DNA from: Gammaproteobacteria bacterium
GTDB taxonomy: Bacteria > Pseudomonadota > Gammaproteobacteria > GCA-001735895
Assembly: GCA_022340305.1 (NCBI GenBank)
Contig: JAJDOF010000027.1
Coordinates: forward strand, 12,682 to 76,681
Length of the DNA stretch: 64,000 bases
Direction of reading: 5' to 3'
How positions within the stretch are numbered: position 1 is the first letter of the stretch; each line of letters starts with the position of its first letter. Shown one piece after another: positions 27,281 through 37,932 of the stretch. Position numbers and translations under genes: made by a program. The notes under the pieces were generated by a model. It saw nothing but the letters and a program-made list of their open reading frames with translations. It was not told the origin of the DNA and searched no databases.

Positions 27281-27730
27281 TCAGCCAGGTTCCAGCAAGA
27301 GCATGATGGTCTCGCCTTCAAGCGCCCAGAACTCGCCCCAGCGTGCCAGCAATTTCAGACCCTTTAGTTGTTGCTCCCTGTCTCCCGCCTCGATCCCGAG
27401 ACGGTAATTCTCGACGCCGGCAATGAAGTAGCGTTGAAAGTTTTTACCTAGCCGCAGATCGAGCCGATCCAGCGCCTCGCGCTTGACCTGGAAGGCGAGC
27501 TTCAGGCCCTGGTCGAGCACGCCGAGCGCAGCCCTTACCCCGGCTTCATCGATATCTGGTGCCTGTAGCTGCCGGCCGCCGCTTTCGACCTGCCTGAGTG
27601 CCTCAACAAAATAGTAGGCCTGCTCCTGCGATATTGGCAGGTCTTTGTCGGAGGAACAGGCCAGCAACTGGCCCAGCAACAGCGCCAGCAACAGTTGCAG
27701 CAGCAGCCGCTGCCAGCCTCGTGGATTCAT
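27281..27730 (-). CDS. lipoprotein of unknown function
   Basis: Lipobox [10 protein letters not shown] after a hydrophobic leader. ATGA overlap with the argG stop. Confidence 0.65.
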   Translation of the reverse strand: MNPRGWQRLLLQLLLALLLGQLLACSSDKDLPISQEQAYYFVEALRQVESGGRQLQAPDIDEAGVRAALGVLDQGLKLAFQVKREALDRLDLRLGKNFQRYFIAGVENYRLGIEAGDREQQLKGLKLLARWGEFWALEGETIMLLLEPG

Positions 27731-28935
27731 CGCTTGCCGGCGATCCGCATGCGCAGCGCGTTCAGCTTGATAAAGCCCTCTGCGTCCTTCTGGTCGTAAG
27801 CGCCGCGATCGTCTTCGAAAGTGACGATGGCCTGGTCGAACAGGCTGTCGGTTGCCGACTTGCGCCCTACGGTGCTGACCGAACCCTTGAACAGCTTGAC
27901 GCGAACTTCGCCATTGACGGTAACTTGCGAGGCGTCGATCATCTGCTGCATCATCTTACGCTCCGGACTCCACCAGTAACCGTTGTAGATCATCGTGGCA
28001 TACCGTGGCATCAACTCATCCTTCAGGTGCGCCACTTCGCGATCGAGCGTAATCGATTCGATGGCACGGTGCGCCTTTAGCATGATCGTGCCGCCCGGGG
28101 TTTCATAGCAGCCACGCGACTTCATGCCGACGTAACGATTCTCGACGATGTCGAGCCGCCCTACCCCGTGCGCGCCTCCGAGCTCATTGAGCCGGGTCAA
28201 TACCTGCGCCGGACTCATGCGTTCGCCGTCGATAGACACGATATCACCGTGCTCGAAGCCGAGCTCCAGGTACATGGGCTTTTCCGGTGCATCCTGCGGC
28301 GATACCGAACGCAGCCACATCTCGTCGCGGGCTTCGTACCAGGGATCCTCCAGTTCACCGCCTTCATAGGAGATGTGCAACAGGTTTGCGTCCATCGAGT
28401 AAGGCGATTTGTTGTGTTTCTTCTCAATCGCGATACCGGCTGCATCAGCGTAGGCGAGCAGGCTTTCGCGCGAGTTCAAATCCCACTCGCGCCACGGTGC
28501 GATGACGCGAATATCAGGATTGAGCGCATAGGCACCGAGCTCAAAGCGTACCTGGTCGTTGCCCTTGCCGGTGGCGCCATGGGAGACGGCATCGGCGCCA
28601 GTTTCGGCGGCAATCTCGATCAGGCGCTTGGCAATCAAGGGTCGCGCAATCGAAGTGCCGAGCAGGTATTCGCCTTCGTAAACCGTGTTGGCGCGAAACA
28701 TCGGATAAACGAAATCACGCACAAACTCTTCCTGCAAATTCTCGATGTAAATCTCCTTGACACCATATTTTTCGGCCTTGCGCCGTGCGGGTTCGAGTTC
28801 TTCACCCTGGCCGATATCGGCGGTAAAGGTGACCACTTCACAGTGGTATTCGTCCTCCAGCCACTTGAGGATTACCGAGGTGTCCAGCCCCCCGGAATAC
28901 GCAAGTACCACTTTATTTACCGATGAATTTCCCAT
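27727..28935 (-). CDS. argG: argininosuccinate synthase
   Basis: [16 protein letters not shown]-PPase motif, plus [13 protein letters not shown] and [14 protein letters not shown]. Start at the internal ATG 28935. Confidence 0.96.
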   Translation of the reverse strand: MGNSSVNKVVLAYSGGLDTSVILKWLEDEYHCEVVTFTADIGQGEELEPARRKAEKYGVKEIYIENLQEEFVRDFVYPMFRANTVYEGEYLLGTSIARPLIAKRLIEIAAETGADAVSHGATGKGNDQVRFELGAYALNPDIRVIAPWREWDLNSRESLLAYADAAGIAIEKKHNKSPYSMDANLLHISYEGGELEDPWYEARDEMWLRSVSPQDAPEKPMYLELGFEHGDIVSIDGERMSPAQVLTRLNELGGAHGVGRLDIVENRYVGMKSRGCYETPGGTIMLKAHRAIESITLDREVAHLKDELMPRYATMIYNGYWWSPERKMMQQMIDASQVTVNGEVRVKLFKGSVSTVGRKSATDSLFDQAIVTFEDDRGAYDQKDAEGFIKLNALRMRIAGKR

Positions 28936-29054
28936 GTTATTTCCGTTGCGTTGCGGCCGCTCGATCACGGCTTCAAAAAAAGGGGGCTATTGTCTTTACA
29001 AATGGCACAAAAATCCAGCCCATCAGCGTATAATACCCGCTTCAAAAACCTGGA

Positions 29055-29780
29055 GTGAAGCTTATGTCAGATTCCGGATTCAAAGTACATGCCATGGAAC
29101 TCGGACCCATGGAAAATTTCGTATACCTGGTCGAGGATATCGCCAGCCGTCGCTGTGCCGTCGTCGACCCGGCCTGGGAAGTTGACAAGATCGTCAGCCG
29201 CGCCGCGCAACTCGACCTCAGGATCACCGACATCCTGTTAACCCATAGTCACAACGATCACATCAATGGCATCGAGGGTCTGCTGAATCATGCCAGCGCC
29301 GAAGTACACCTGCTCAAACCCGAATACGAATTCTGGGATCATGAACTCGAAAAACCCAGCCTGCATCATGGTGGCGACGAACTGCGGCTTGGCGGTACCA
29401 GCATCACAATGCTGCATACGCCCGGACATACCCCGGGCTCGGCCTGTTACCAGCTCGGCAATGAAATCATCACCGGCGACACCCTGTTCGTCTTCGGCTG
29501 CGGCCGTTGCGATATGAAAGGTGGTAGCCCTGAAGACATGTTCGCCACCTTGAAGCAGATGAAAGAGCGTTTACCCGAAGACATGCTCATACATCCCGGA
29601 CACAATTATTCGGTAAAGCCAACCGCGACCTTCGGCGAACAGATCGATGGTAATCCTTTCCTGCACTACGATGATTGTGACAGTTTTGTCAATTTCCGCA
29701 TGCATGTGCATGACAAGATGCGTGACGAACCCTATGCCCCACTCAACAAGCAACAACTCAAAATTGCCAACCTGCTTTAG
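29055..29780 (+). CDS. MBL-fold metallo-hydrolase (glyoxalase II-like)
   Basis: THSHNDHINGIE (HxHxDH), HTPGHTPGS, GDTLF and HPGHNY motifs. Confidence 0.85.
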   Translation: MKLMSDSGFKVHAMELGPMENFVYLVEDIASRRCAVVDPAWEVDKIVSRAAQLDLRITDILLTHSHNDHINGIEGLLNHASAEVHLLKPEYEFWDHELEKPSLHHGGDELRLGGTSITMLHTPGHTPGSACYQLGNEIITGDTLFVFGCGRCDMKGGSPEDMFATLKQMKERLPEDMLIHPGHNYSVKPTATFGEQIDGNPFLHYDDCDSFVNFRMHVHDKMRDEPYAPLNKQQLKIANLL

Positions 29781-29798
29781 GCCAACTTACCGAGAGAT

Positions 29799-30248
29799 AT
29801 GAGTCGTATGTCAAGACAACCAATAGCCGTATTTGGCTACCTGCTGTTCGCTGCCATGCTCGCTGCCTGTGCGAGCGTCGCCGTGGTAGATGTGCCGGAT
29901 ACCAAACCCGGCGACCAGATACAGAACGAGTACCTGGTAGGTAAATGGTGCACCAACCGCGAGCAAACTGCCACGTCGAACCAGGCTGCCGGATTTAGTG
30001 GTTTGCTCAACGTGAGACCGGTGTTCTGGCGTTTTGGGGCCGAAGGCGAATGGGACATTTCGACCTCGGGCTTTCTGTACGAAAACTATGGCAGCTGGCA
30101 AATCGACGGTCTCGACAAGCTGTTGATCACAAAAAAGAATATGGAGCCGAAACCTTACCAGGTCTACTTTAAAAACGATGAAGGCGTCACCGACCTGTAT
30201 CTGGTCGACGACAAGGGCCAGTTCACCGTGCTGTCACGCTGCGACTAG
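29799..30248 (+). CDS. lipoprotein of unknown function
   Basis: Lipobox FAAMLAAC-AS. 149 aa. Confidence 0.6.
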   Translation: MSRMSRQPIAVFGYLLFAAMLAACASVAVVDVPDTKPGDQIQNEYLVGKWCTNREQTATSNQAAGFSGLLNVRPVFWRFGAEGEWDISTSGFLYENYGSWQIDGLDKLLITKKNMEPKPYQVYFKNDEGVTDLYLVDDKGQFTVLSRCD

Positions 30249-30261
30249 AGCGAGCAATCCG

Positions 30262-30954
30262 CTAGTCCAGACTGCCGAATACCCGCTTCATCAAGCGTGA
30301 GCTGCGCGCCGAGGATATGGTACGGATGCGTGCTTCTTCCTGCGCCATCAGCAGGAAAAGTCCATCGACCGCCTTTTCGGTGACATAGTCGGCCAGGTCA
30401 GGATCAACGTCGAAAACCAGTGGCAGTGCATTGTAGCGCTTGACGATATCGCTGTAATAACGAGTCGCGCTGGTTTCATCGAGGGCTTCGACGACAATCG
30501 GTCGGAATTGATCGTATAGCTCATCACTGGAATTATCGATCAGGTAATCGGTGGCGGCATTGTTTTCACCATTCAGGATGTCAAAGGCATCATCGATAGT
30601 CATCGCGGTTATCGCTTTGATGAAAACGGGTTTGGCACGCGCCGCGGCTTGTTCTGCGGCGCGATTCATTTGCAGTATGGAGCGATCGATCTGTGTGCCA
30701 AAGCCAAGCTTGCGCAGTGTTTTCTCCAGTTTTTCAGCATCTTTCGGCAACCCGATCTTTAAGCGCGGATTGGCGAAGTAGCCATCGATCTTGCTCGCGT
30801 TGGCGGCACTGCGCGCGATGCCATAGGAAAGCGCGTCCTTGAGTGCCTGGGTCACCTCTACCTCGGTCAGGGGCGCCAGGCCGAGCTCCTGCAAATCCTT
30901 GCCTGAACAGCCAAACAGCGACAGCAACGCCAAACCAATTAGAAATATTCTCAT
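30262..30954 (-). CDS. DUF4197-like lipoprotein
   Basis: Lipobox LSLFGC-SG. LTEVEVTQALKDALSYG...DGYFANPRLKIGLP resembles what I recall of the DUF4197 family. ATGA overlap with the HAD gene stop. Confidence 0.65.
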   Translation of the reverse strand: MRIFLIGLALLSLFGCSGKDLQELGLAPLTEVEVTQALKDALSYGIARSAANASKIDGYFANPRLKIGLPKDAEKLEKTLRKLGFGTQIDRSILQMNRAAEQAAARAKPVFIKAITAMTIDDAFDILNGENNAATDYLIDNSSDELYDQFRPIVVEALDETSATRYYSDIVKRYNALPLVFDVDPDLADYVTEKAVDGLFLLMAQEEARIRTISSARSSRLMKRVFGSLD

Positions 30955-31598
30955 TCCATCTCCTCGAGATACTGGATAATTTCGCCCAGATTTTCGACCC
31001 TGAGGTCGGTGACTCCTGACCAGTCGACGTTACCACGGGTATCGAGATGTACCGTCGCCACACCGGCACCCTTGCCCGCTTCGAGATCATACAGGTAATC
31101 ACCAACCATAACGCTATCACCGGCATCGGCATGCCACATTTGCAGCAATTGATTGATGCCATCGGGTGATGGCTTGGGAATGCAGGAATCTCTATCAAGA
31201 ATGTAGTCTAAAGGGAAAAAATGTTCGATGGCGCAGGCCTTTAATGTGTGTTTTACCACCGGCATGGTGTTGCGTGTCAGGATCGCGAGCCGATAACCCC
31301 TGTCATGCAAACATTGCAACAATTCCGGGGCCCCCTGCATCAACGATGCTTTGCCGGCATAGTGGAACTCGAGTTCGTTGAGCAGTTGCCAGAGCGGGGC
31401 CGCCTCGGCCGGCGGCATGGCGTGCAAGGCCTCCAGTATAGGCACTTCGGGCGCAAGCCCAAGCTCACGACGCATGTGTTCAAAATCGTGCGCACTGACA
31501 GTCAAAGTGCCATCCATGTCAAAAATCCAGTGACGCCGCCGTAAAATCAGCGGATCGAACACGGGTCTATCGATGTCTTGGGGATTGGTTAATTTCAT
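30951..31598 (-). CDS. HAD superfamily hydrolase (phosphatase)
   Basis: Motif I WIFDMDGTLT, motif II LAILTRN, motif IV MVGDYLYDLEAG. Start at the internal ATG 31598. Confidence 0.85.
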   Translation of the reverse strand: MKLTNPQDIDRPVFDPLILRRRHWIFDMDGTLTVSAHDFEHMRRELGLAPEVPILEALHAMPPAEAAPLWQLLNELEFHYAGKASLMQGAPELLQCLHDRGYRLAILTRNTMPVVKHTLKACAIEHFFPLDYILDRDSCIPKPSPDGINQLLQMWHADAGDSVMVGDYLYDLEAGKGAGVATVHLDTRGNVDWSGVTDLRVENLGEIIQYLEEME

Positions 31599-31632
31599 TG
31601 TAATATCACGCCTCCACAATTTAGCACAGGAA

Positions 31633-32121
31633 ATGATGATGGCAATCCAGGTAGGCGATAAAATTCCCTCGATAAACCTGCAGCACATGGGTGTCGATGG
31701 CGTAGAAACAATCAACAGCAATGAATTGTTCGCTGGCAAAAAAGTAGTACTTTTTGCACTGCCGGGCGCATTCACCCCGACTTGTTCTGCTTCACACCTG
31801 CCCGGCTACGTAGTTTCATCGGACGATCTATTTGCCAAAGGCGTCGACCGCATCGTCTGCCTGTCGGTTAACGACGCGTTTGTCATGGATGCCTGGGGCC
31901 AGCAGCACAATGCCGATGATCGAGTTATGATGCTTGCAGATGGCAGTGGTCACTTTACCCGCGCGCTGGGGCTGGAACTGGATCTGGAAGCTGCCGGTAT
32001 GGGTATCCGCTCGCAACGCTACGCAATGGTCGTTAATGATGGCGTGGTCGAAGTGCTCAACGTGGAAGCCCCCAAGGAATTCAAGGTCAGCGATGCACAA
32101 ACCATTCTATCCACTCTTTAA
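31633..32121 (+). CDS. peroxiredoxin, Prx5 (glutaredoxin/glutathione-dependent) subfamily
   Basis: Active site LPGAFTPTCS. About 160 aa. There are three consecutive ATGs at 31633-31641 after an AGGA, so the exact start is uncertain. Confidence 0.88.
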   Translation: MMMAIQVGDKIPSINLQHMGVDGVETINSNELFAGKKVVLFALPGAFTPTCSASHLPGYVVSSDDLFAKGVDRIVCLSVNDAFVMDAWGQQHNADDRVMMLADGSGHFTRALGLELDLEAAGMGIRSQRYAMVVNDGVVEVLNVEAPKEFKVSDAQTILSTL

Positions 32122-32765
32122 TGCCCGCCGATAACCCCGCGACGAAGGCACCCAGCGACTTTGTCGATGAAGCCTATCATCTCGACAACGCGCAGGAGAT
32201 GGTCGGCTTTTATCGCAAGTGGGCAGCCGACTACGATCACCAGATGCTCGACCAGCTCGGTTACACAGCGCCCGCTACCATTGCCGAGATACTCGGCGAG
32301 CAACTGACCGATACCCGGGCGTCGATCCTCGATATCGGGTGTGGCACCGGGCTAACCTGTCGTCTGCTCGCGGAACGCGGTTTCAGTAAACTCGATGGCA
32401 TCGATTTGTCGGGCGAAATGCTCGGCGTCGCACGTGAACGTGGTATTTACCGCGACTTGCTGCAGGGCGATGTCAACCAACCACTAGCGCTGCCAAGCGC
32501 CAGTTATGACGGCGCGATCTCGTCGGGTACCTTTACCCACGGGCATGTCGGTCCGGAACCTCTGGACGAAATTTTCAGGGTACTGAAGCCCGGCGCGATA
32601 CTGGCCTGCACGGTACATCAGGACCTGTGGCAAGAGATGGGCTTCGAAGCCAAATTTGCCGATCTGGAAAAACAGGGCATCGCCAGTTTGATCAGCCTTA
32701 AGCTGGACAGCTATTACCGGGACAGACCGGCCGAAGGCTGGTTTTGTGTTTATCGTAGGACTTAG
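32121..32765 (+). CDS. class I SAM-dependent methyltransferase
   Basis: Motif I ILDIGCGTGL and post-I DGIDLSGEML. Confidence 0.85.
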   Translation: MPADNPATKAPSDFVDEAYHLDNAQEMVGFYRKWAADYDHQMLDQLGYTAPATIAEILGEQLTDTRASILDIGCGTGLTCRLLAERGFSKLDGIDLSGEMLGVARERGIYRDLLQGDVNQPLALPSASYDGAISSGTFTHGHVGPEPLDEIFRVLKPGAILACTVHQDLWQEMGFEAKFADLEKQGIASLISLKLDSYYRDRPAEGWFCVYRRT

Positions 32766-32893
32766 CCCGCATCTCTTACCTGATTCCTGCTCGACAACTT
32801 CTCCATGCTTTGCCCTGTCCTGATGTGTCGGAACGCCGCATCGGACTGCATGCCTGGAGTTCTACGGACGCCTTAAATCGCTGAGATATGGGG

Positions 32894-33913
32894 CTAGCTC
32901 GCATCTTCCAGGCGCAGAAAATGATCGAGCATGGTGGTTACATAAGCGCCTGTCGGCAGGCTAAGCTCAAGCTGCAGCAGGCCAGCGGCAGAATCGTATT
33001 CGAAATTGAAAGATTCTGCTGCGACGCGCAGCGGTCGCATCTGCAAGCGGCTGTCGTGGCGCTGCAGACAATTCGTGATATCCGCATTTTCAGTGAATAC
33101 CTGTTGTTCGATTTCAGCCGCTCTGGTGGACATCATATTGCGCCCGGACCCGTAAAGACTTGCGCAGTTCGAGATATCCTGCAGCCGGAATCGTTCCAGC
33201 AGGGCAGTATCCAGCGGCTCGGAAAAAATCGAGTGGCTGCCACGCAACATAAAGACATCCCCTTCCAGCGGCTCTTGCCAGTGTCCGTGTTCGATACGGG
33301 CGGCCAGAATTTGATTAAACAAATAGCTGCGCAGCGACGATAGCAGCATGCTCTTGCGATTGCGGGAAAGCCTGCGCGTACCCAGTTGTGCCAGGGCCTG
33401 CTCAACATTATCCTGTTGGCGCCCAAAGCGTTGATGGCCGAAATAATTGGCAAATCCCTGCGTCCTGATACTTTCGATTTGTTGCAGGGTTGCCTCGGGT
33501 AGTTCATGTATTTCTCGCAAACGAAGCCGAAACTGGTTGAACTTGTGCGTCCCTGGACGCAGCTTCTTATGATGCCTCAGTTGACGTAACACCCGGTAAC
33601 CCTCGCCCGCCGGTTCGGTAAAAGGCGCCCCTTTACCTGGCAGGTGCAGGCTCAGCCATTGCCGGGTCAATGCATGCTTGTCCTTCAACCCGCTGTAACC
33701 GAAGGCATTGGTGGGCAGATTGTGCTCTTTCGCCATTCGCGCGATTAACTCGTGAGTACCCAGCCCGCATTTTTCCACCCAAAGAAAAAGATGCTCGCCT
33801 TCGCCACCGGGTTCAAAGCCGAGTATTTCTTCGACTTCGAAATCGGCCGGGCTGGATTTCAGTACGGCGGCGGCCTGCGGCGCCCCGTAGGGATAAATCA
33901 AGGTCTGCTGCAT
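32894..33913 (-). CDS. truD: tRNA pseudouridine(13) synthase
   Basis: 339 aa. FEVEEILGFEPGGEGEHLFLWVEK, YSGLKDKHA (catalytic Asp) and NYFGHQRFG. Confidence 0.93.
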   Translation of the reverse strand: MQQTLIYPYGAPQAAAVLKSSPADFEVEEILGFEPGGEGEHLFLWVEKCGLGTHELIARMAKEHNLPTNAFGYSGLKDKHALTRQWLSLHLPGKGAPFTEPAGEGYRVLRQLRHHKKLRPGTHKFNQFRLRLREIHELPEATLQQIESIRTQGFANYFGHQRFGRQQDNVEQALAQLGTRRLSRNRKSMLLSSLRSYLFNQILAARIEHGHWQEPLEGDVFMLRGSHSIFSEPLDTALLERFRLQDISNCASLYGSGRNMMSTRAAEIEQQVFTENADITNCLQRHDSRLQMRPLRVAAESFNFEYDSAAGLLQLELSLPTGAYVTTMLDHFLRLEDAS

Positions 33914-34578
33914 CAGCCGCGTGCTTTTTCAGCAACCCGGTTGCGCAGGTAATTGATGCTGATATCGCCCGCGCCGACCGCACGCTGTTGCTCGACAGCT
34001 CGCTTCGCCAGGCTGAGCAACGAACGGGCATCCGGCAACAGCGACGCGTCGACCGGAATTGCCGCGGCACTGCTCAATCCGGCCAGCCAACCGTGCCCGG
34101 CGCCGCACTCGACAGCCTCATCGCAACGAATATCGGCGGCTGCGCTGAGCTGCTCGCTACCGCTCAAACTTGCACAGCCGTTTTCATCACGACGGTACAA
34201 CGCCCAGTAGATCTCCTGCATGCGCGCGTCCAGTGCAACCAGCACGTTGTTATAGGGATGGCGATCGAAACAGGTCTGTGCCAGCACCGCGAGGGTTGAA
34301 ATCGGTAACAGCGGAATATCGAGACCGACTCCGATTCCCTGCGCCTGGGCTGCGCCGATGCGGATACCGGTAAAAGCGCCCGGGCCGTTGCTGAAGGCAC
34401 AATGCGACAACATCGATTTGCTCACGGCGGATTCCACCAGCACCCGCCGCATCATCTCCGGTAGCAGGCGCATGTGCTCACGCGGAGCGATTTCAAACTC
34501 ACCGAACACCTTCCCGTCTGCACGCAACAGCGCGACGGAACAGGCTTCGGTAGCGCTGTCGATGGCGAGAATATTCAC
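33913..34578 (-). CDS. tsaB: tRNA t6A37 biosynthesis protein TsaB (YeaZ)
   Basis: (V)NILAIDSATEACSVAL N-terminus and GPGAFTGIRIG. GTG start at 34578 chosen; the track ORF starts at TTG 34617. Confidence 0.88.
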   Translation of the reverse strand: MNILAIDSATEACSVALLRADGKVFGEFEIAPREHMRLLPEMMRRVLVESAVSKSMLSHCAFSNGPGAFTGIRIGAAQAQGIGVGLDIPLLPISTLAVLAQTCFDRHPYNNVLVALDARMQEIYWALYRRDENGCASLSGSEQLSAAADIRCDEAVECGAGHGWLAGLSSAAAIPVDASLLPDARSLLSLAKRAVEQQRAVGAGDISINYLRNRVAEKARG

Positions 34579-35068
34579 GCGCCTATGATAGGGCTGAGGT
34601 TTGTCAGTGGCTAGCAAAAATCATAAGCATGCCTGAATGATTTAAGCGACAGATACAGCATCATAGCCGTGAAACAGGCCTGGGGCGCTGCGAGCCGGCC
34701 GGCGGGAGTACGACCTGTCACAGGAAGCATATCGTTGGCCGCAGCGGGAAGGCAGTGGGAACTGCGAGCTTCTCGATAAGCGGATTGGTACCTTTTGCAG
34801 TGGATGAGTCGTATCATCCTCGATGAACTGTTGCATGGCAGCCAGGGACTACCCGGTGTTACCGAGACCAGCCAGGCCTGTGCGTTGTCGAATAATGCGC
34901 CTGGACGCAGGTTGCTTTGCACATACTCGCCGAGAAAACTGTCTTAGGATTTAACTGCAGATTTGAGTTCACCGCGGTCCATCCTGAACTGTGCCAGGCG
35001 GTAATTCTGCGCTATCGAGTTCGCCATAAACGCGGGCGTCTCTAAGCAGGGGGCCAAACCGAAGCACG

Positions 35069-35839
35069 CTATCTGGCGATTCCTCTTTTGCTGTTTTTTA
35101 CAAAACTGACGAACAGCTCGACTTCCGCGAATTCAGCACAAAGCGGCTCGAGATGTTTAAACGCACCCTGCCTCGGAACTCTCGATTTTAGTAGTTCGCG
35201 AAAGGATTTGTGTAATGCGCGTATCAATTCCGGTGAAAAACCCTTTCTTTTCAAACCTTCCTTGTTGATTCCGATCACCCTGGCGCGATTTCCGGCGGCA
35301 GTCGAGAAGGGCGGAATATCCTGGGTGACAACTGAACCGAGGCCACAAAAAGCCCTCGTCCCGATCTGGGTAAACTGGTGTACCGAGGTAAAGCCACCCA
35401 GCGTTGCGTGGTCACCCACTTCAACGTGTCCGGACAACGAGGCGGCATTGGCAAAGATACAATGGTCACCGACGATACAGTCATGCGCGACGTGGCTATA
35501 GGCCATGAAAAGATTGTCACTACCGATCACCGTCTTTCCCAGGCCGTCATCGGTACCGCGATTGAGGGTGACGTATTCACGAATGACATTGCGATCGCCG
35601 ATTTCCAACAGGGTCGGCTCGTCATTATATTTTTTATCCTGTGGCGCTTCACCAACCGATGCAAACTGGAAGATGCGGTTATCACGGCCAATCCGGCAGG
35701 GTCCCATAACCACGACATGCGGACCTATAACCGTGCCTGCACCGATCTCTACCTGCGCACCGATGACACTGTATGGGCCAACTTCGACATCGCCTGCAAG
35801 TTGTGCGGCAGGGTCGATTATCGCGGTTGTGTGAATCAT
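35069..35839 (-). CDS. lpxA: acyl-ACP--UDP-N-acetylglucosamine O-acyltransferase
   Basis: [10 protein letters not shown] start, hexapeptide repeats, and fabZ-lpxA synteny (4-nt overlap with the fabZ stop). Confidence 0.95.
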   Translation of the reverse strand: MIHTTAIIDPAAQLAGDVEVGPYSVIGAQVEIGAGTVIGPHVVVMGPCRIGRDNRIFQFASVGEAPQDKKYNDEPTLLEIGDRNVIREYVTLNRGTDDGLGKTVIGSDNLFMAYSHVAHDCIVGDHCIFANAASLSGHVEVGDHATLGGFTSVHQFTQIGTRAFCGLGSVVTQDIPPFSTAAGNRARVIGINKEGLKRKGFSPELIRALHKSFRELLKSRVPRQGAFKHLEPLCAEFAEVELFVSFVKNSKRGIAR

Positions 35840-36279
35840 GTTTTGCGCTCCTGGGAAGAACACATCATCTCTGCCTCGGCAACCACCTTACCATCCACCA
35901 GTGCCTGGCAATCGAACATCCCGATGCCACGCATGGTGCGTTTCAGCGAAATTTCCAACTGTAGTTGATCCCCTGGCAGCACCTGGCCACGAAACCGGGC
36001 CTTATCGATGCCGACCAGCAGGTACAGGCTGGACTTGTGTGCACCGTCCATGCCTGAAAATGCGAGCAAACCGGTAGCCTGGGCCATGGCTTCAAGCAGC
36101 AAAACGCCGGGCATGATGGGCTGACCGGGGAAATGACCCTGGAAAAAGGGTTCGTTGAAGGTGACATTCTTGATCGCCGACAAACTTGCCCCCGGCTCTA
36201 CCGCCGTTACGCGATCGACCAGCAGGAACGGGTAACGATGCGGCAGTAACTCCATGATTTTGTTTATATCAAAATTCAA
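35836..36279 (-). CDS. fabZ: 3-hydroxyacyl-ACP dehydratase
   Basis: [32 protein letters not shown] and LEAMAQ. Confidence 0.96.
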   Translation of the reverse strand: MNFDINKIMELLPHRYPFLLVDRVTAVEPGASLSAIKNVTFNEPFFQGHFPGQPIMPGVLLLEAMAQATGLLAFSGMDGAHKSSLYLLVGIDKARFRGQVLPGDQLQLEISLKRTMRGIGMFDCQALVDGKVVAEAEMMCSSQERKT

Positions 36280-36321
36280 CGTGGATCCCCGGTTATTGGA
36301 AGTTAATTGGCGTCACTCTGG

Positions 36322-37341
36322 TCACTTGCTCGACTTGTCAAGTTTCGCCACGGTTAGCGCAAGCCTGTCCAGCGCCTTGTAGCGCGCATTGGCGCGATGC
36401 CACAGCGAGTTGGCAAGCAATGGAGTACCCGAGGAATACACCCCGGCCTTGCGGATATCTTTGGTCACCAGCGACATCGCCGTAATCGTAACATGATCGG
36501 CTACGCTCAAATGGCCGAGTACGACGGCGGCACCGGAGATTTTACAGGAGCGCCCGATAATCGCACTACCGGCAATACCGACACAGGCAGCGATAGCGGT
36601 ATGCGCGCCGATGCGCACATTGTGTCCGACCTGGATCTGGTTATCGAGTTTGCAGCCCTGCTCGATCACGGTATCGTCGAGGGCCCCGCGATCGATCGTG
36701 GTATTGGCGCCTATCTCGACGTCATCTGCGATGGCAACACTGCCAAGTTGCGGGATTCTGTGCCATTGGCCTGCATGCAGCGCCAACCCAAAACCATCGG
36801 CACCGACCACCACCCCGGAATGCAGGATACAGCGATTTCCGATTCGGATTGAATGCGCCAGGGTAACCCTGCTGTGCAAGCGACAATGACTACCAACAGA
36901 CGTCGCACGTTCTATGATGCAACCCGGCCCGATTACCGAATCAGCACCGATTTCCACATCCTCTTCGATGACTACATTGGCGCCGATACTGACACCACCG
37001 GCGAGACGAGCACTCGGGGCAATCTGCGCCGAAGGGTGTATTCCGGGCAAACTGGTCACGACATCGAGCCCTAGCGCTGCGATTGCCTGGACGAAGCTGT
37101 ACTCGGGGTTTTCCGACAGCAACAGGCCTTTGCCGGTAACCTCCGCGGCCAGTTCATGCGGCACTATGACCGCGCTGCAGTCGCTGCCGACGATATTAGC
37201 CAGATGCCGTTTGCGCTGAATAAAACACAGGTCACCGGCGCGCGCGCCAGACGGCGACGCTACGCCGTTAATCAACATATCGGCATCGCCACGAAACTCG
37301 CTTTGCAGCGCTATGGCCAGTTGTTTCAGGCTGAGACTCAT
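36322..37341 (-). CDS. lpxD: UDP-3-O-(3-hydroxymyristoyl)glucosamine N-acyltransferase
   Basis: 339 aa with an extended hexapeptide-repeat LbH domain, in skp-lpxD-fabZ synteny. Confidence 0.94.
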   Translation of the reverse strand: MSLSLKQLAIALQSEFRGDADMLINGVASPSGARAGDLCFIQRKRHLANIVGSDCSAVIVPHELAAEVTGKGLLLSENPEYSFVQAIAALGLDVVTSLPGIHPSAQIAPSARLAGGVSIGANVVIEEDVEIGADSVIGPGCIIERATSVGSHCRLHSRVTLAHSIRIGNRCILHSGVVVGADGFGLALHAGQWHRIPQLGSVAIADDVEIGANTTIDRGALDDTVIEQGCKLDNQIQVGHNVRIGAHTAIAACVGIAGSAIIGRSCKISGAAVVLGHLSVADHVTITAMSLVTKDIRKAGVYSSGTPLLANSLWHRANARYKALDRLALTVAKLDKSSK

Positions 37342-37393
37342 GTTCGATGAATACCTGGGCTAACGCTGGTGCAGCGACCGGACCGGGCAGCAG

Positions 37394-37924
37394 CTACTGC
37401 GCACCTTCACCACTGTCAGGAAGCTTTTTCAGCATTTCAATAGTTTGCGTGGTGATGTCAATCTGATCGGATACATAACTGACGCCTTCGGTAAGGATCA
37501 GATCGAACGCACCCGTATCACCCTGCTTTTTCAGCACGTTGGAGATAACCTGCTGCAGCTCGCGTATTTCCTCGTTCCGCCGCAGATTCTGGTCTTCGCG
37601 AAACTCCTGTTCAAGAAATTTGAGCTGGCTCACTTTGAGCCTGATCTCACGCTCGAGTTTACGGCGCGTGCTGGAGCTAGGCGGATCGTCCGCTTTCAGC
37701 ATGTCTTCGAGTTCCAGAATCTCGAGGCGCTTTTCCTTGAGTTGCGCTTCCCGGGGTCCGAACTCAGCCTTGAGGCGCTCCTCGACCTTGCGCGCCTGTG
37801 GCGCCTCCTTGAGTACCCTGGCAGTATTCACGAAACCGATCTTGTAACTGCCATTCTGGGCAATTGCAGGCAAACTGAAGCTCAGCAGCAACAGGATTGG
37901 GAATAGGCGCATCAAATTGTTCAA
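37394..37924 (-). CDS. skp: periplasmic chaperone Skp (OmpH family)
   Basis: Signal peptide, KIGFVN start of the mature protein, and a K/E-rich coiled body. Located between bamA and lpxD. Confidence 0.9.
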   Translation of the reverse strand: MNNLMRLFPILLLLSFSLPAIAQNGSYKIGFVNTARVLKEAPQARKVEERLKAEFGPREAQLKEKRLEILELEDMLKADDPPSSSTRRKLEREIRLKVSQLKFLEQEFREDQNLRRNEEIRELQQVISNVLKKQGDTGAFDLILTEGVSYVSDQIDITTQTIEMLKKLPDSGEGAQ

Positions 37925-37932
37925 TAGTGTCT

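Noticed and set aside
34611-34922. 103-aa ORF, and the overlapping 64-aa ORF (34642-34836), in the lpxA-tsaB gap as real genes.
   Set aside because: They have no start context or recognisable motifs, and they overlap each other out of frame. They are treated as possible decay remnants; see the finding for this gap.
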